A stretch of 32,000 nt of DNA from Vibrio mexicanus (GTDB lineage Bacteria > Pseudomonadota > Gammaproteobacteria > Enterobacterales > Vibrionaceae). Below, piece after piece: positions 9,409 to 22,348 of this stretch (position 1 is its first letter; each line of letters starts with the position of its first letter). The notes under the pieces are model-generated. The model was given only the letters and a program-made list of their open reading frames with translations. It made no database searches and was not told the DNA's origin. The stretch lies in the NCBI RefSeq assembly GCF_001012815.1, contig NZ_JYJP01000101.1, forward strand, positions 8,870-40,869, written 5' to 3'. The position numbers were made by a program, and so were the translations under genes.

Positions 9409-11874
9409 ATGTCAGATAACCGTCCAAATGATCTTTCTAGCGATCCCTTCGCTGAACGTGAATCCCAAAATTATGAGAATCCGGTGCCTAGCCGTGAGTT
9501 CATTCTCGACTTTTTAGAACAAGCGGCGGTGCCGATGAATCGTAACGATTTGTTTGATGCGCTTGAGCTGAAAGGGGAAGATCAATATGAAGGTTTACGC
9601 CGCCGTCTTCGTGCTATGGAGCGCGATGGGCAACTCGTGTTTACGCGTCGTCAATGCTACGCGTTGCCAGAAAAGCTCGAATTGATAAAAGGTACCGTTA
9701 TTGGCCACAAAGATGGGCATGGTTGGGTTCGTCCTGATGGCAGCACGGGTAAAGATAACGATGTAGTTTTGCCTCATCACCAAATGCGTAACCTAATCCA
9801 TGGCGACTACGTATTGGTTCAACCGACTGAGAACAGCAAACGTGGCCGACGTGAATGCCGCCTAGTTCGCGTACTGGAAGAGCGAAATACGCAAATTGTT
9901 GGCCGCTTCTTCATGGAGTACGGGTATTCCTATGTGGTGCCAGACGATTCTCGAATCAGTCACGATATCTTGATCCCGAATGAGCATCGTGCCGGTGCGA
10001 GAATGGGTAACGTGGTGGTGATTGAAATTACCGATCGTGGAGCTCGTTCGAAAGGCATGGCGGGTCAAGTGGTTGAGGTACTGGGTGAGAACATGGCGCC
10101 AGGCATGGAAACGCAGATCGCTATTCGTACCCATCAAATTCCTCATGAGTGGCCAAAAGCAGTTGAAAAGCAAGTTGAAGGCTTGACCGAAGAAGTACCT
10201 GAAGAGGCGAAAGTAGGGCGCGTTGATTTGCGTGATTTACCATTGGTGACCATCGATGGTGAAGACGCTCGTGACTTTGACGATGCGGTTTACTGTGAAG
10301 CGAAGAAAAGTGGTGGCTGGCGTCTATGGGTAGCGATTGCCGATGTTAGCTATTACGTGCGCCCAGATTCCGCACTTGATAAAGAAGCGGTAGAGCGGGG
10401 TAACTCGGTTTACTTCCCATCTCAAGTTGTACCTATGCTACCTGAAGTTTTATCTAACGGCTTGTGTTCATTGAATCCACAAGTCGACCGCTTGTGTATG
10501 GTGTGTGAGATGACCATCTCTGCAACCGGCAAGCTTTCTGGATACAAGCATTATGAAGCGGTAATGAACTCCCATGCACGCTTAACCTATAGCAAAGTGG
10601 GTTCAATTCTCGATGGTGATGAGGAACTGCGTTCACGTTACGACGCGCTCGTACCTCACTTAGAAGAATTGCATAAGATGTACAAAGTCCTCAAACAAGC
10701 TCGTGATAACCGCGGCGCGATTGAGTTTGAGACCATTGAAACTAAGTTCATCTTTAATGCTGAACGTAAAATTGATCGTATCGAGCCTGTCATTCGCAAC
10801 GATGCTCATAAGATCATTGAAGAGTGTATGATTCTGGCGAACATCGCTTCGGCCTCTTTGGTAGAAAAAGCAAAAGAGCCGTCGTTGTATCGTGTGCATG
10901 AATCACCGGGTGAACTCAAGCTTCAAGGTTTCCGCGATTTTCTCGGTGAACTAGGACTCGAGCTAAAAGGCGGGCTTGAACCATCGCCGACAGACTATGC
11001 TGAGCTCGTTCATAAAATTTCAGAGCGTCAGGATAAAGAACTTATTCAGACCATGCTGCTTCGCTCATTGAAACAGGCGGTTTATAACGCTGACAACGCG
11101 GGCCACTTTGGCCTTGCATTAAAACGTTATGCGCACTTTACCTCGCCGATTCGACGTTACCCAGACCTACTGCTTCATCGTGCGATCAAATACTTGATAG
11201 CTAAAGAAGCTGGCACCAATAAAGATCGTTGGACACCAACAGGCGGCTATCATTATTCGTTCGATGATATGGATGTGTTCGGCGAACAATGTTCTATGAC
11301 CGAACGCCGCGCCGATGATGCTACCCGTGAAGTAGCCGACTGGTTGAAGTGTGAATACATGCAAGATCATGTGGGTGAAGAACTGGAAGGTGTGATTGCC
11401 AATGTGACAAGTTTCGGTTTCTTTGTTCGTTTAACCGATTTACATATTGATGGTTTAGTTCATATCTCAAATCTCGCTAATGATTACTATCAGTATGACC
11501 CAATTGGTCAGCGCCTAATTGGCGAAAGCTTTGGCAATATCTACCGTTTGGGCGACGCTGTAAAAGTGAAGGTACTATCGGTTAATTTAAATGATAAGCA
11601 AATTGACTTTGAATTAGTCGAAACAAGTCGTAAGCTACGCGGCCAAGGAAAAACTGCCAAAAAACGCGCGGCAGAAGCTAAGCGAAAAGCGAAAGATAAA
11701 AAACGCGCTGCGACAAAAGGCAAGGGGCGAAAAGCTAGCCCAGAAGTCGAACCAACTAAGCGACCTGAAATTTCAGGTGCAAAAGGTCCGGCTAAGAAGC
11801 CGAAAGTGACGAAGGCTAGAAAGAAAAAGCCGGGAGCTAAGCCCAAGAAAGCGAGGCGTAAAACTCAGCCCTAA
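9409..11874 (+). CDS. rnr: Ribonuclease R (VacB), a 3'-5' exoribonuclease with a C-terminal S1 domain and a long Lys/Ala-rich basic tail.
   Basis: [33 protein letters not shown]...[22 protein letters not shown]...[18 protein letters not shown]...[29 protein letters not shown] is collinear with E. coli RNase R. The ATG at 9409 is preferred over the track TTG at 9391. Confidence 0.95.
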   Translation: MSDNRPNDLSSDPFAERESQNYENPVPSREFILDFLEQAAVPMNRNDLFDALELKGEDQYEGLRRRLRAMERDGQLVFTRRQCYALPEKLELIKGTVIGHKDGHGWVRPDGSTGKDNDVVLPHHQMRNLIHGDYVLVQPTENSKRGRRECRLVRVLEERNTQIVGRFFMEYGYSYVVPDDSRISHDILIPNEHRAGARMGNVVVIEITDRGARSKGMAGQVVEVLGENMAPGMETQIAIRTHQIPHEWPKAVEKQVEGLTEEVPEEAKVGRVDLRDLPLVTIDGEDARDFDDAVYCEAKKSGGWRLWVAIADVSYYVRPDSALDKEAVERGNSVYFPSQVVPMLPEVLSNGLCSLNPQVDRLCMVCEMTISATGKLSGYKHYEAVMNSHARLTYSKVGSILDGDEELRSRYDALVPHLEELHKMYKVLKQARDNRGAIEFETIETKFIFNAERKIDRIEPVIRNDAHKIIEECMILANIASASLVEKAKEPSLYRVHESPGELKLQGFRDFLGELGLELKGGLEPSPTDYAELVHKISERQDKELIQTMLLRSLKQAVYNADNAGHFGLALKRYAHFTSPIRRYPDLLLHRAIKYLIAKEAGTNKDRWTPTGGYHYSFDDMDVFGEQCSMTERRADDATREVADWLKCEYMQDHVGEELEGVIANVTSFGFFVRLTDLHIDGLVHISNLANDYYQYDPIGQRLIGESFGNIYRLGDAVKVKVLSVNLNDKQIDFELVETSRKLRGQGKTAKKRAAEAKRKAKDKKRAATKGKGRKASPEVEPTKRPEISGAKGPAKKPKVTKARKKKPGAKPKKARRKTQP

Positions 11875-11955
11875 CCACTAACGCAGTGCGAGAGTAGGGC
11901 AACAACTTGCCCGCTTTATAGCCACAACTAAGAATTTGACCCAATAGGTTTATTG

Positions 11956-12694
11956 ATGAGTAACGAGTTTATTTACGGCATACACGCAATCAAAGCCGTG
12001 CTAGCAAAAAGAACCAGAGCGTTTTGTCGAAGCGTTTGTACTAAAAGGCCGTCAAGATGACCGACTAATGCCAATCCTAAATGAACTGCAAGCGTTTGGT
12101 ATTTCTATCCAGCAGATGGGACGTAAAGCATTAGATGACAAGGCCAAAGGGGCCAATCATCAAGGGGTGATTGCTCGCGTTAAACCGGCAAAGCCACTGA
12201 ATGAAAACGACCTAGATACAATATTGGCAAAGCACGAACAACCACTATTGCTTGTACTTGATGGTGTAACGGATCCGCATAACTTGGGCGCTTGCTTACG
12301 TAATGCCGATGCCGCTGGTGTTGCAGCCGTGATTGTACCCAAAGATAAGTCTGCCCCTATGACGGCTACAGTAAGCAAAGTTGCTTGTGGCGCTGCCGAG
12401 ACAGTGCCGCTCGTGAGAGTGACGAACTTAGCGCGTACGATGCGTGCCCTTCAGGAACAAGGCGTTTGGTTTGTAGGTACAGCAGGTGAAGCCAAGCATG
12501 ATATTTATCAAGCGAAGTTAACTGGCCCATTGGCTATCGTGATGGGTGCGGAGGGAGATGGCATGCGTCGCCTAACGCGTGAGACTTGCGATGACTTAAT
12601 TAAAATTCCAATGGCAGGTTCGGTTTCAAGCTTAAACGTATCCGTTGCTTCAGGTATTTGCCTGTTTGAAGCAGTGAGACAGCGCCTCGCTTAA
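11956..12694 (+). pseudogene. rlmB: 23S rRNA (guanosine2251-2'-O)-methyltransferase RlmB. The frame is broken as assembled by one extra A in the A5 run at 12006-12010; probable sequencing error.
   Basis: The ATG at 11956 gives [18 protein letters not shown], then runs out of frame to a TGA at 12058-12060. Removing one A restores ...[29 protein letters not shown]..., joining the 208-aa track ORF (12068-12694). This is collinear with E. coli RlmB ([36 protein letters not shown]...) and carries SpoU motifs ([30 protein letters not shown]). Confidence 0.9.
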
Positions 12695-12718
12695 CTACGC
12701 CTCTTTAGAATATGATGA

Positions 12719-12801
<83 letters not shown>

Positions 12802-12835
12802 AATTTTCCTTTTCCGTTTAATTTTCAAACACCCC

Positions 12836-12863
12836 TTGCAAGTAAAATTGTGATCTGTATAAT
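12836..12863 (+). promoter_or_regulatory. S10 operon sigma70 promoter.
   Basis: -35 TTGCAA (12836-12841), 16-bp spacer, consensus -10 TATAAT (12858-12863). There is an A/T-rich UP-like tract upstream (12802-12830) and a GC-rich discriminator gcagcgc downstream, typical of stringently controlled r-protein promoters. Confidence 0.75.
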
Positions 12864-12869
12864 GCAGCG

Positions 12870-13478
<609 letters not shown>

Positions 13479-13492
13479 GGGAGATTAGAATA

Positions 13493-14122
13493 ATGATTGG
13501 TCTAGTCGGACGTAAAGTGGGTATGACCCGCGTATTTACTGAAGAAGGCGTTTCTATCCCAGTAACTGTTGTTGAGGTTGAAGCGAACCGTGTTTCTCAA
13601 GTGCGTACACTTGAAGCTGACGGCTACGCAGCAATCCAGGTAACTACTGGTGCTAAGAAAGCTAACCGTGTAACTAAACCAGAAGCTGGTCACTTTGCGA
13701 AAGCAGGTGTAGAAGCTGGTCGCGGTCTTTGGGAATTCCGTTTAGAAAACGGCGAAGAGTTCGAAGTTGGCGCTGAGCTAACTGTTGAACTATTCAACGA
13801 AACTAAAAAAGTAGACGTTACTGGTACATCTAAAGGTAAAGGCTTCCAAGGCGCTGTTAAGCGTTGGAACTTCTCTACTCAAGATATGACTCACGGTAAC
13901 TCTTTGTCTCACCGTGCACCGGGTTCAATTGGCCAATGTCAAACTCCAGGTCGCGTGTTTAAAGGCAAGAAAATGGCAGGTCACATGGGTGCTGAGCGTG
14001 TAACGACTCAAAACCTAGAGATCGTACGTGTTGACGCTGAGCGCAATCTGCTTCTTATTAAAGGTGCAGTCCCAGGCGCAACTGGCGGTAACGTGATCGT
14101 TAAACCAGCTGTTAAAGCATAA
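13493..14122 (+). CDS. rplC: 50S ribosomal protein L3.
   Basis: 209 aa. [34 protein letters not shown]... is near-identical to E. coli L3. Confidence 0.98.
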   Translation: MIGLVGRKVGMTRVFTEEGVSIPVTVVEVEANRVSQVRTLEADGYAAIQVTTGAKKANRVTKPEAGHFAKAGVEAGRGLWEFRLENGEEFEVGAELTVELFNETKKVDVTGTSKGKGFQGAVKRWNFSTQDMTHGNSLSHRAPGSIGQCQTPGRVFKGKKMAGHMGAERVTTQNLEIVRVDAERNLLLIKGAVPGATGGNVIVKPAVKA

Positions 14123-14139
14123 CGTCTCAGGAGTAAGTA

Positions 14140-14742
14140 ATGGAACTAATGGTTAAAGGTGCTGATGCACTAACTGTTTCCGAAGCTACTTTCGGACGTG
14201 AGTTTAACGAAGCTCTTGTACACCAAGTAGTTGTTGCTTATGCAGCAGGTGCTCGTCAAGGTACTCGTGCTCAAAAGACACGTTCAGAAGTTTCTGGCGG
14301 TGGTGCTAAGCCATGGCGTCAAAAAGGTACTGGCCGTGCTCGTGCTGGTACAATTCGTAGCCCAATCTGGCGTACAGGTGGTGTTACTTTTGCTGCGAAA
14401 CCACAAGATCACAGCCAAAAAGTAAACAAGAAAATGTACCGCGGTGCTATGAAGAGCATTCTTTCTGAGCTTGTTCGTCAAGAGCGTCTAATCGTTGTTG
14501 ATAACTTCTCAGTAGAAGCACCAAAAACAAAAGAACTTGTAGCTAAGCTTAAAGAGCTTGAGCTTACAGACGCGCTAATCGTGACTAGCGAAGTAGATGA
14601 GAATCTATTCCTAGCAGCTCGTAACCTATACAAAGTTGACGCTCGTGACGTAGCTGGTATCGACCCAGTTTCACTAATCGCGTTCGACAAAGTTGTAATT
14701 ACTGCAGAAGCAGTTAAGCAAGTTGAGGAGATGCTAGCATGA
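14140..14742 (+). CDS. rplD: 50S ribosomal protein L4.
   Basis: 200 aa. ...[27 protein letters not shown]...[11 protein letters not shown]... Confidence 0.98.
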   Translation: MELMVKGADALTVSEATFGREFNEALVHQVVVAYAAGARQGTRAQKTRSEVSGGGAKPWRQKGTGRARAGTIRSPIWRTGGVTFAAKPQDHSQKVNKKMYRGAMKSILSELVRQERLIVVDNFSVEAPKTKELVAKLKELELTDALIVTSEVDENLFLAARNLYKVDARDVAGIDPVSLIAFDKVVITAEAVKQVEEMLA

Positions 14743-15041
14743 TCACTGAAGAGCGTATCCTAAAAGTTCTACGTGCTCCGCACATCTCTGAAAAAGCAAC
14801 TATGGCAGCTGAGAAAGCGAACACTATCGTTTTCAAAGTAGCTAAAGATGCAACTAAAAAAGAGATCAAAGCAGCTGTAGAAAAGCTATTTGAAGTTGAA
14901 GTTAAGTCTGTAAATACTCTTATCACTAAGGGTAAGACCAAACGTCAAGGTCTACGCCAAGGTCGCCGCAGCGACGTTAAGAAAGCGTACGTTACTTTGA
15001 AAGAAGGTCAAGATCTTGACTTTGTTGGCGGCGCGGAATAA
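14739..15041 (+). CDS. rplW: 50S ribosomal protein L23.
   Basis: 100 aa. [21 protein letters not shown]... ATGA overlap with the rplD stop. Confidence 0.98.
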
Positions 15042-15056
15042 CAGGAGTAGTTAAAA

Positions 15057-15881
15057 ATGGCTATTGTTAAATGTAAGCCGACTTCCCCTGGTCGTCGTCA
15101 CGTCGTTAAAGTTGTTAACGCTGACCTACACAAGGGCAAGCCATACGCACCACTTCTAGAGAAAAACTCTAAGAACGGTGGTCGTAACAACAACGGTCGT
15201 ATCACAGTACGTCACATCGGCGGTGGTCACAAGCACCACTACCGTGTAATTGACTTCAAACGTACTAAAGACGGTATCCCAGCGAAAGTTGAGCGTCTAG
15301 AATACGATCCAAACCGTAGCGCAAATATCGCACTAGTTCTGTACGCAGACGGCGAACGTCGTTACATCATCGCACCTAAAGGTGTTCAAGCAGGTGACCA
15401 GATTCAATCTGGTGTAGATGCGCCAATCAAAGCAGGTAACACTCTGCCGATGCGCAACATCCCAGTAGGTTCTACTGTACACTGTGTTGAACTTAAGCCT
15501 GGTAAAGGTGCACAGCTAGCTCGTTCGGCTGGTGCTTATGCTCAAATCGTTGCTCGCGACGGTGCATACGTAACTATCCGTCTACGTTCTGGCGAGATGC
15601 GCAAAGTATTGTCTGAAGGCCGTGCAACAATCGGTGAAGTAGGCAACGCTGAGCACATGCTACGTGAACTAGGTAAAGCTGGTGCTTCACGCTGGCGCGG
15701 CGTACGTCCAACCGTACGTGGTGTAGTAATGAACCCAGTTGACCACCCACACGGTGGTGGTGAAGGCCGTACTTCTGGTGGTCGTCACCCAGTATCTCCT
15801 TGGGGTCAGCCTACTAAAGGCTTTAAGACTCGTAAGAACAAGCGCACAGACAAGTACATCGTACGTCGTCGTAACAAGTAA
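15057..15881 (+). CDS. rplB: 50S ribosomal protein L2.
   Basis: 274 aa. [21 protein letters not shown]...GGGHKHHYR...[14 protein letters not shown]. Confidence 0.98.
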   Translation: MAIVKCKPTSPGRRHVVKVVNADLHKGKPYAPLLEKNSKNGGRNNNGRITVRHIGGGHKHHYRVIDFKRTKDGIPAKVERLEYDPNRSANIALVLYADGERRYIIAPKGVQAGDQIQSGVDAPIKAGNTLPMRNIPVGSTVHCVELKPGKGAQLARSAGAYAQIVARDGAYVTIRLRSGEMRKVLSEGRATIGEVGNAEHMLRELGKAGASRWRGVRPTVRGVVMNPVDHPHGGGEGRTSGGRHPVSPWGQPTKGFKTRKNKRTDKYIVRRRNK

Positions 15882-15890
15882 TCTATATAA

Positions 15891-16181
<291 letters not shown>

Positions 16182-16191
16182 GGAGTAGATA

Positions 16192-16524
16192 ATGGAAGCT
16201 TTAGCTAAACATAACTTTGCTCGCATTTCTCCACAGAAAGCTCGCCTTGTAGCGGATCAAATCCGTGGCAAGAACGTTGATCAAGCTCTAGAAATCCTAA
16301 CTTTCAGCAACAAAAAAGCTGCTGAACTAGTTAAGAAAGTTCTTGAATCAGCAATCGCGAACGCTGAGCATAACGAAGGTGCAGATATCGACGATCTATC
16401 AGTCGCTAAAATCTTCGTAGATGAAGGCCCTATCATGAAGCGTATTATGCCTCGTGCTAAAGGTCGTGCGGATCGTATCTTGAAGCGTTCATGCCACATC
16501 ACTGTTGTTGTAGCAGACGCTTAA
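16192..16524 (+). CDS. rplV: 50S ribosomal protein L22.
   Basis: 110 aa. [27 protein letters not shown]... Confidence 0.98.
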   Translation: MEALAKHNFARISPQKARLVADQIRGKNVDQALEILTFSNKKAAELVKKVLESAIANAEHNEGADIDDLSVAKIFVDEGPIMKRIMPRAKGRADRILKRSCHITVVVADA

Positions 16525-16541
16525 GACTAGGAGAGTAAGCA

Positions 16542-17239
16542 ATGGGTCAAAAAGTACATCCTAATGGTATTCGTCTTGGCATCGTTAAGCTTGGAATGCT
16601 ACATGGTTTGCTAACACCAAAGATTTCGCTGACAACCTAGACGGCGACTTCAAGGTACGTCAGTTCCTAACTAAGGAACTACAAAAAGCATCTCTTTCAC
16701 GCATCGTTATCGAGCGTCCTGCTAAGAGCATCCGTGTGACTATTCACACTGCTCGTCCAGGCGTTGTAATCGGCAAGAAAGGTGAAGATGTTGAGAAACT
16801 ACGCGCAGCTGTAGCTAAAATTGCAGGTGTTCCAGCTCAAATCAACATCGCTGAAGTACGCAAGCCTGAGCTTGATGCTCAGCTAGTTGGTGACAGCATC
16901 GCGTCTCAACTAGAGCGTCGTGTTATGTTCCGTCGTGCTATGAAGCGCGCGGTACAAAACGCAATGCGTCTAGGTGCTAAAGGCATCAAAGTAGAAGTAA
17001 GCGGTCGTCTAGGCGGCGCTGAAATTGCACGTTCTGAGTGGTACCGTGAAGGTCGTGTACCTCTACACACTCTACGTGCTGACATTGATTACGCAACTTC
17101 TTCGGCTCACACTCAATACGGTGTGATCGGCATTAAGACTTGGATCTTCAAAGGTGAGATCCTAGGCGGTATGCCAGCAGCTAACGCTGTAGAGCCAAAA
17201 GGCGACAAGCCTAAGAAGCAGCGTAAAGGCCGTAAGTAA
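16542..17239 (+). pseudogene. rpsC: 30S ribosomal protein S3. The frame is broken as assembled by a 1-nt deletion at 16590 (CC to C). The gene is essential, so this is almost certainly a sequencing error.
   Basis: The ATG at 16542 gives [16 protein letters not shown], then goes out of frame. Restoring one C (aagCCttgg) yields ...[59 protein letters not shown]..., which joins the 167-aa track ORF (16736-17239) and is collinear with E. coli S3. Confidence 0.95.
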
Positions 17240-17250
17240 GGAGTCGACAG

Positions 17251-17661
17251 ATGCTACAACCTAAACGTACTAAATTCCGTAAGGTTCAAACTGGTCGTAA
17301 CCGTGGTCTAGCGAAAGGTACTGACGTAAGTTTCGGTACTTTCGGTCTTAAAGCAGTTGGCCGTGGTCGCCTAACTGCTCGTCAGATCGAAGCAGCTCGT
17401 CGTGCTATGACACGTCACGTTAAGCGTCAAGGTAAAATCTGGATCCGTGTGTTCCCAGACAAACCAATCACAGAAAAACCACTAGAAGTTCGTCAAGGTA
17501 AGGGTAAAGGTAACGTTGAGTACTGGGTAGCCCAAATCCAACCTGGTAAGGTTATGTACGAAATGGACGGTGTACCTGAAGAATTGGCTCGTGAAGCGTT
17601 CCGCCTAGCGGCACGTAAACTGCCATTCAAGACTACATTTGTAACTAAGCAGGTGATGTGA
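17251..17661 (+). CDS. rplP: 50S ribosomal protein L16.
   Basis: 136 aa. [21 protein letters not shown]... Confidence 0.98.
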   Translation: MLQPKRTKFRKVQTGRNRGLAKGTDVSFGTFGLKAVGRGRLTARQIEAARRAMTRHVKRQGKIWIRVFPDKPITEKPLEVRQGKGKGNVEYWVAQIQPGKVMYEMDGVPEELAREAFRLAARKLPFKTTFVTKQVM

Positions 17662-17852
17662 TGAAAGCACAAGATCTACGCGAAAAAAGCGTTGAAGAGC
17701 TTAACGCTGAGCTATTGAATTTGCTACGCGAACAGTTCAACTTGCGCATGCAAGCTGCAACTGGTCAGCTACAGCAAACTCATACTCTGAAAGCTGTACG
17801 CCGTGATATCGCACGTGTGAAAACTGTTTTGACTGAGAAGGCAGGCGCATAA
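17661..17852 (+). CDS. rpmC: 50S ribosomal protein L29.
   Basis: 63 aa from the ATG at 17661. [41 protein letters not shown]... 1-nt overlap with the rplP stop. Confidence 0.97.
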   Translation: MKAQDLREKSVEELNAELLNLLREQFNLRMQAATGQLQQTHTLKAVRRDIARVKTVLTEKAGA

Positions 17853-18106
17853 TGAGCGAACAAAAACGTACTCAACAAGGTCGTGTTATTAGCGACAAGA
17901 TGGACAAGTCTATCGTTGTTTCTATCGAGCGCATGGTTAAACACCCAATTTACGGTAAATTCGTAAAGCGCACGACTAAAGTACACGCACATGACGAGAA
18001 CAACGAATGTGGCCTAGGCGACAAAGTTGAAATCGCAGAGTGTCGTCCACTGTCTAAGACTAAGTCTTGGACTTTGGTAAAAGTTCTAGAAAAAGCGAAA
18101 GGTTAA
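17852..18106 (+). CDS. rpsQ: 30S ribosomal protein S17.
   Basis: 84 aa. ...[49 protein letters not shown]... TAATG overlap with rpmC. Confidence 0.98.
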   Translation: MSEQKRTQQGRVISDKMDKSIVVSIERMVKHPIYGKFVKRTTKVHAHDENNECGLGDKVEIAECRPLSKTKSWTLVKVLEKAKG

Positions 18107-18129
18107 TTTCGACTTTTTCCTAGATAATC

Positions 18130-18167
18130 AAGCGGCTCCAAATTTTTTTTGGGGCCGCTTGTTTTTT
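18130..18167 (+). terminator. Rho-independent terminator at the end of the S10 operon.
   Basis: Stem agcggctcc / ggggccgct (one G-U pair) around an A/T loop, followed by the T-run gtttttt. Confidence 0.75.
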
Positions 18168-18199
18168 GTCTACCCAATCACAAAAAAGGGTGGTACAAT
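18166..18199 (+). promoter_or_regulatory. Candidate spc operon promoter (extended -10 type).
   Basis: TGgTACAAT at 18191-18199 (extended -10), followed by the GC-rich discriminator tcgcgtc. No good -35 at 17-bp spacing. A promoter is needed here because the S10 operon terminates just upstream. Confidence 0.4.
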
Positions 18200-18268
18200 T
18201 CGCGTCCCTTTTAAAGAGGCAGCCCGACCCGAGAGGGTCTAGTTTTAATATTTAGCGGAGCACTAACA

Positions 18269-18640
18269 ATGATCCAAATGCAAAGTACACTTGACGCTGC
18301 AGATAACTCTGGCGCGCGCAAGGTAATGTGTATTAAGGTTCTGGGTGGCTCACACCGTCGTTACGCACACATCGGCGACATCATCAAAGTTACTGTTAAA
18401 GAAGCAATTCCACGCGGTAAAGTTAAAAAAGGTGATGTACTGAAGGCGGTAGTAGTTCGCACCCGTAAAGGCGTACGTCGTCCAGACGGTTCTGTCATTC
18501 GCTTCGACCGTAATGCTTGTGTATTGTTGAACGACACTACTGAGCAACCAGTCGGCACTCGTATCTTTGGCCCAGTGACTCGTGAACTTCGTAATGCGAA
18601 ATTCATGAAGATTGTATCACTGGCTCCAGAAGTACTATAA
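18269..18640 (+). CDS. rplN: 50S ribosomal protein L14.
   Basis: 123 aa. [33 protein letters not shown]... Confidence 0.98.
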   Translation: MIQMQSTLDAADNSGARKVMCIKVLGGSHRRYAHIGDIIKVTVKEAIPRGKVKKGDVLKAVVVRTRKGVRRPDGSVIRFDRNACVLLNDTTEQPVGTRIFGPVTRELRNAKFMKIVSLAPEVL

Positions 18641-18651
18641 GGAGCACTAAG

Positions 18652-18969
18652 ATGGCAGCTAAAATCCGTCGTGATGACGAAGTAATCGTTCTTGCTGGTA
18701 AAGATAAAGGCAAGAAAGGTAAAGTAACTAAGGTTCTAGCAACTGGTAAAGTTATCGTTGAAGGTATCAACCTTGTTAAGAAGCACCAAAAGCCTGTACC
18801 GGCTCTAGGTCAACAAGGTGGCATCGTTGAACAAGAAGCAGCTATTGATGCTTCTAACGTTGCAATCTACAACGCGGCTACTGGTAAAGCAGACCGTATC
18901 GGTTTCCGTTTCGAAGATGGCAAGAAAGTTCGTTTCTTCAAGTCTAACGGCGAAACCGTTTCTAACTAA
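18652..18969 (+). CDS. rplX: 50S ribosomal protein L24.
   Basis: 105 aa. [25 protein letters not shown]... Confidence 0.98.
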   Translation: MAAKIRRDDEVIVLAGKDKGKKGKVTKVLATGKVIVEGINLVKKHQKPVPALGQQGGIVEQEAAIDASNVAIYNAATGKADRIGFRFEDGKKVRFFKSNGETVSN

Positions 18970-18995
18970 TTTAGAATGTAATTTGGAGTTCTACT

Positions 18996-19535
18996 ATGGC
19001 GAAACTGCATGATTACTACAAGTCGTCTGTAGTCGCTGAGCTTACCAAAGAGTTCAGCTACTCAAGCGTCATGCAAGTCCCTAGGATTGAAAAAATCACC
19101 CTAAACATGGGCGTTGGTGAAGCAATCAACGATAAGAAACTGCTAGAAAACGCAGCAGCTGATATGGCAACGATCTCTGGTCAGAAGCCACTTATCACTA
19201 AAGCGCGTAAATCTGTTGCAGGTTTCAAAATTCGTGAAGGCTACCCAATTGGTTGTAAAGTAACCTTACGTGGCGAACGTATGTGGGATTTTCTTGAGCG
19301 TCTAATCAACATCGCTCTTCCACGTGTACGTGATTTCCGTGGTGTTAGCGCTAAGTCTTTTGACGGTCGCGGTAACTACAGCATGGGCGTTCGCGAGCAA
19401 ATCATCTTTCCGGAAATCGACTACGATAAAGTCGATCGTGTACGCGGTCTTGATATTACTATCACGACGTCAGCTAGTACTGATGCGGAAGGCCGTGCTC
19501 TGCTGGCTGCCTTTAACTTCCCATTCCGTAAGTAA
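18996..19535 (+). CDS. rplE: 50S ribosomal protein L5.
   Basis: 179 aa. [43 protein letters not shown]... Confidence 0.98.
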   Translation: MAKLHDYYKSSVVAELTKEFSYSSVMQVPRIEKITLNMGVGEAINDKKLLENAAADMATISGQKPLITKARKSVAGFKIREGYPIGCKVTLRGERMWDFLERLINIALPRVRDFRGVSAKSFDGRGNYSMGVREQIIFPEIDYDKVDRVRGLDITITTSASTDAEGRALLAAFNFPFRK

Positions 19536-19552
19536 GGTGAAGGGTTACTGTT

Positions 19553-19858
19553 ATGGCTAAACAATCAATGAAAGCACGTGAAGCTAAGCGTGCAAAACTA
19601 GTAGCTAAGTTCGCTGAGAAGCGTGCTGCGCTAAAAGTTATCATCAGCGATGTAAACGCATCTGAAGAAGATCGTTGGAATGCAGTTCTTAAGCTGCAAT
19701 CTCTTCCACGTGATTCAAGTGCATCACGTCAGCGCAACCGTTGTAACCAAACTGGTCGTCCACACGGTTACCTACGTAAGTTCGGTCTAAGCCGTATCAA
19801 AGTTCGCGAAGCTTGCATGAAAGGCGAGATTCCTGGACTTCGTAAGGCTAGCTGGTAA
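19553..19858 (+). CDS. rpsN: 30S ribosomal protein S14.
   Basis: 101 aa. [25 protein letters not shown]...[26 protein letters not shown]... Confidence 0.98.
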   Translation: MAKQSMKAREAKRAKLVAKFAEKRAALKVIISDVNASEEDRWNAVLKLQSLPRDSSASRQRNRCNQTGRPHGYLRKFGLSRIKVREACMKGEIPGLRKASW

Positions 19859-19887
19859 TTGCCACTTAATCATTTGGAGTAAATCTT

Positions 19888-20280
19888 ATGAGCATGCAAG
19901 ATCCGATTTCGGATATGCTGACCCGTATTCGTAACGGTCAGGCAGCAAACAAAGTTGCTGTTAAAATGCCTTCTTCAAAGCTTAAAGTTGCAATTGCTGC
20001 ACTGCTAAAAGCTGAAGGTTACATCGTTGACTTCGCTGTTGAAGGCGAAGCGAAACCTGAGCTAGAAGTTACACTTAAGTACTTCCAAGCTAAACCTGTA
20101 ATTGAGCAAATCAAACGTGTTTCACGTCCTGGTCTGCGCGTCTACAAGAACAAAGACTCGCTACCATCTGTGATGGGCGGTCTTGGTATTGCTGTAGTGT
20201 CCACTTCCAAGGGTCTAATGTCTGACCGTGCTGCACGTAAAGCAGGTCTTGGTGGTGAAATCATCGCTTACGTAGCGTAA
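19888..20280 (+). CDS. rpsH: 30S ribosomal protein S8.
   Basis: 130 aa. [33 protein letters not shown]... Confidence 0.98.
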   Translation: MSMQDPISDMLTRIRNGQAANKVAVKMPSSKLKVAIAALLKAEGYIVDFAVEGEAKPELEVTLKYFQAKPVIEQIKRVSRPGLRVYKNKDSLPSVMGGLGIAVVSTSKGLMSDRAARKAGLGGEIIAYVA

Positions 20281-20292
20281 TAGGAGTAGAAT

Positions 20293-20826
20293 ATGTCTCG
20301 TGTTGCTAAGGCACCTGTCGCTATTCCAGCTGGCGTAGAGGTGAAATTAAACGGCCAAGAAGTCGCTGTAAAAGGTCCTAAGGGTGCTCTAACTCGCGTA
20401 CTTAACGACGCAGTAGTTGTTGCACAGGAAGAAAACAACCTAACTTTCGGTCCGAAAGAAGGTGTTGCTAACGCATGGGCACAAGCTGGTACAGCTCGCG
20501 CTCTAGTTAACAACATGGTTGTTGGTGTTACTGAAGGCTTCACTAAGAAGCTAACCCTTAAGGGTGTTGGTTACCGTGCTGCTATGAAAGGCAACTCTGT
20601 AGCTCTAACACTTGGCTTCTCACACCCAGTAGAGCACGCTCTACCTGAAGGTGTTAAAGCAGAATGCCCAAGCCAAACTGAGATCGTTGTAACTGGTTGT
20701 GATAAGCAGCTAGTTGGTCAAGTTGCGGCTGACATTCGTTCTTACCGTGAGCCTGAGCCTTACAAAGGTAAAGGTGTTCGTTACGCCGATGAACTCGTGC
20801 GTACTAAAGAAGCTAAGAAGAAGTAA
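20293..20826 (+). CDS. rplF: 50S ribosomal protein L6.
   Basis: 177 aa. [31 protein letters not shown]... Confidence 0.98.
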   Translation: MSRVAKAPVAIPAGVEVKLNGQEVAVKGPKGALTRVLNDAVVVAQEENNLTFGPKEGVANAWAQAGTARALVNNMVVGVTEGFTKKLTLKGVGYRAAMKGNSVALTLGFSHPVEHALPEGVKAECPSQTEIVVTGCDKQLVGQVAADIRSYREPEPYKGKGVRYADELVRTKEAKKK

Positions 20827-20835
20827 GGTAACACT

Positions 20836-21189
20836 ATGGATAAGAAAGCATCTCGCATCCGTCGTGCTACACGTGCACGTCGTAAGATTGCAGAACTGGG
20901 TGCAACTCGCCTAGTAGTACACCGTACTCCTCGTCACGTTTACGCTCAGATTATCGCAGCAAACGGCTCTGAAGTTATCGCAGCCGCTTCTACGGTAGAA
21001 AAAGTGATCCGTGAGCAAGTTAAGAGTACTGGTAACATCGATGCAGCTAAAGCAGTAGGTAAAGCTGTTGCTGAGCGCGCTCTTGAAAAAGGCGTATCTG
21101 CTGTTGCATTCGATCGTTCTGGTTTCCAATACCATGGCCGAGTAGCGGCGCTAGCAGAATCTGCTCGCGAAGCTGGTCTGAAATTCTAA
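20836..21189 (+). CDS. rplR: 50S ribosomal protein L18.
   Basis: 117 aa. [38 protein letters not shown]... Confidence 0.98.
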   Translation: MDKKASRIRRATRARRKIAELGATRLVVHRTPRHVYAQIIAANGSEVIAAASTVEKVIREQVKSTGNIDAAKAVGKAVAERALEKGVSAVAFDRSGFQYHGRVAALAESAREAGLKF

Positions 21190-21203
21190 GGTAGGGTTGG
21201 AAG

Positions 21204-21704
21204 ATGGCTAAAGAACAACAACAAGCTAATGATTTGCAAGAAAAGCTAATCGCAGTTAACCGTGTTTCTAAGACGGTTAAAGGTGGTCGAATCATGAGCT
21301 TTACTGCACTAACTGTAGTTGGTGACGGTAACGGTCGCGTAGGTTTCGGTTACGGCAAAGCTCGTGAAGTACCTGCTGCGATTCAAAAAGCAATGGAAAA
21401 AGCGCGTCGTAACATGACTACGATCGCTCTAAACGAAGGCACTCTTCACCACCCGGTGAAAGGTCGCCACTCGGGCTCTAAAGTTTACATGCAGCCTGCT
21501 GCTGAAGGTACTGGTGTTATCGCAGGTGGTGCGATGCGTGCAGTACTAGAAGTTGCTGGTGTACACAACGTACTATCTAAAGCATACGGTTCTACGAACC
21601 CTATCAACATCGTTCGTGCAACGATCGATGCACTAGGTAGCATGAAGTCACCAGAAATGGTTGCTGCTAAACGTGGTCTAACTGTTGAATCTATTTCGGA
21701 GTAA
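21204..21704 (+). CDS. rpsE: 30S ribosomal protein S5.
   Basis: 166 aa. ...[53 protein letters not shown]... Confidence 0.98.
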   Translation: MAKEQQQANDLQEKLIAVNRVSKTVKGGRIMSFTALTVVGDGNGRVGFGYGKAREVPAAIQKAMEKARRNMTTIALNEGTLHHPVKGRHSGSKVYMQPAAEGTGVIAGGAMRAVLEVAGVHNVLSKAYGSTNPINIVRATIDALGSMKSPEMVAAKRGLTVESISE

Positions 21705-21711
21705 GAACACA

Positions 21712-21888
21712 ATGGCAACTATTAAAGTAACTCAAACTAAAAGCTCAATTGGTCGCCTACCTAAGCACAAACTGTGTCTTAAAGGTCTTGGCCTTCGTAA
21801 AATCAACCACACAGTAGAACTTGAAGACACGCCTGCAGTACGCGGCATGATCAACAAGGTTTACTACATGGTTAAAGTTGAGGAGTAA
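21712..21888 (+). CDS. rpmD: 50S ribosomal protein L30.
   Basis: 58 aa from the ATG at 21712. [58 protein letters not shown]. The track start at 21685 overlaps rpsE and is an over-extension. Confidence 0.97.
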   Translation: MATIKVTQTKSSIGRLPKHKLCLKGLGLRKINHTVELEDTPAVRGMINKVYYMVKVEE

Positions 21889-21893
21889 TCATA

Positions 21894-22328
21894 ATGCGTT
21901 TGAATACTCTATCACCGGCTGCTGGCTCTAAGCGTCCTAAAAAACGTCTTGGTCGTGGTATCGGTTCAGGCCTAGGTAAAACTGGTGGCCGTGGTCACAA
22001 AGGTCAAAAATCACGTTCTGGCGGCTCTGTTCGTCCAGGTTTCGAAGGCGGTCAAATGCCTCTGAAACAACGTCTACCTAAGTTCGGTTTCACTTCTCGT
22101 AAGAGCCTAGTGTCTGCTGAAGTTCGTCTAGCTGAGCTAGCGAAAGTAACAGGTGACGTAGTTGATCTAAACAGCCTAAAAGCTGCTAACGTTATCACTA
22201 AGAACATCGAATTCGTTAAAGTTGTTCTTTCTGGTGAACTAAGCAAAGCTGTGACTGTTAAAGGTCTACGCGTGACTAAAGGCGCTAAAGCTGCAATCGA
22301 AGCTGCAGGCGGTAAAATCGAAGAATAA
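21894..22328 (+). CDS. rplO: 50S ribosomal protein L15.
   Basis: 144 aa. [44 protein letters not shown]... Confidence 0.98.
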   Translation: MRLNTLSPAAGSKRPKKRLGRGIGSGLGKTGGRGHKGQKSRSGGSVRPGFEGGQMPLKQRLPKFGFTSRKSLVSAEVRLAELAKVTGDVVDLNSLKAANVITKNIEFVKVVLSGELSKAVTVKGLRVTKGAKAAIEAAGGKIEE

Positions 22329-22348
22329 TCTTCGTAGGAAAGGTACAG

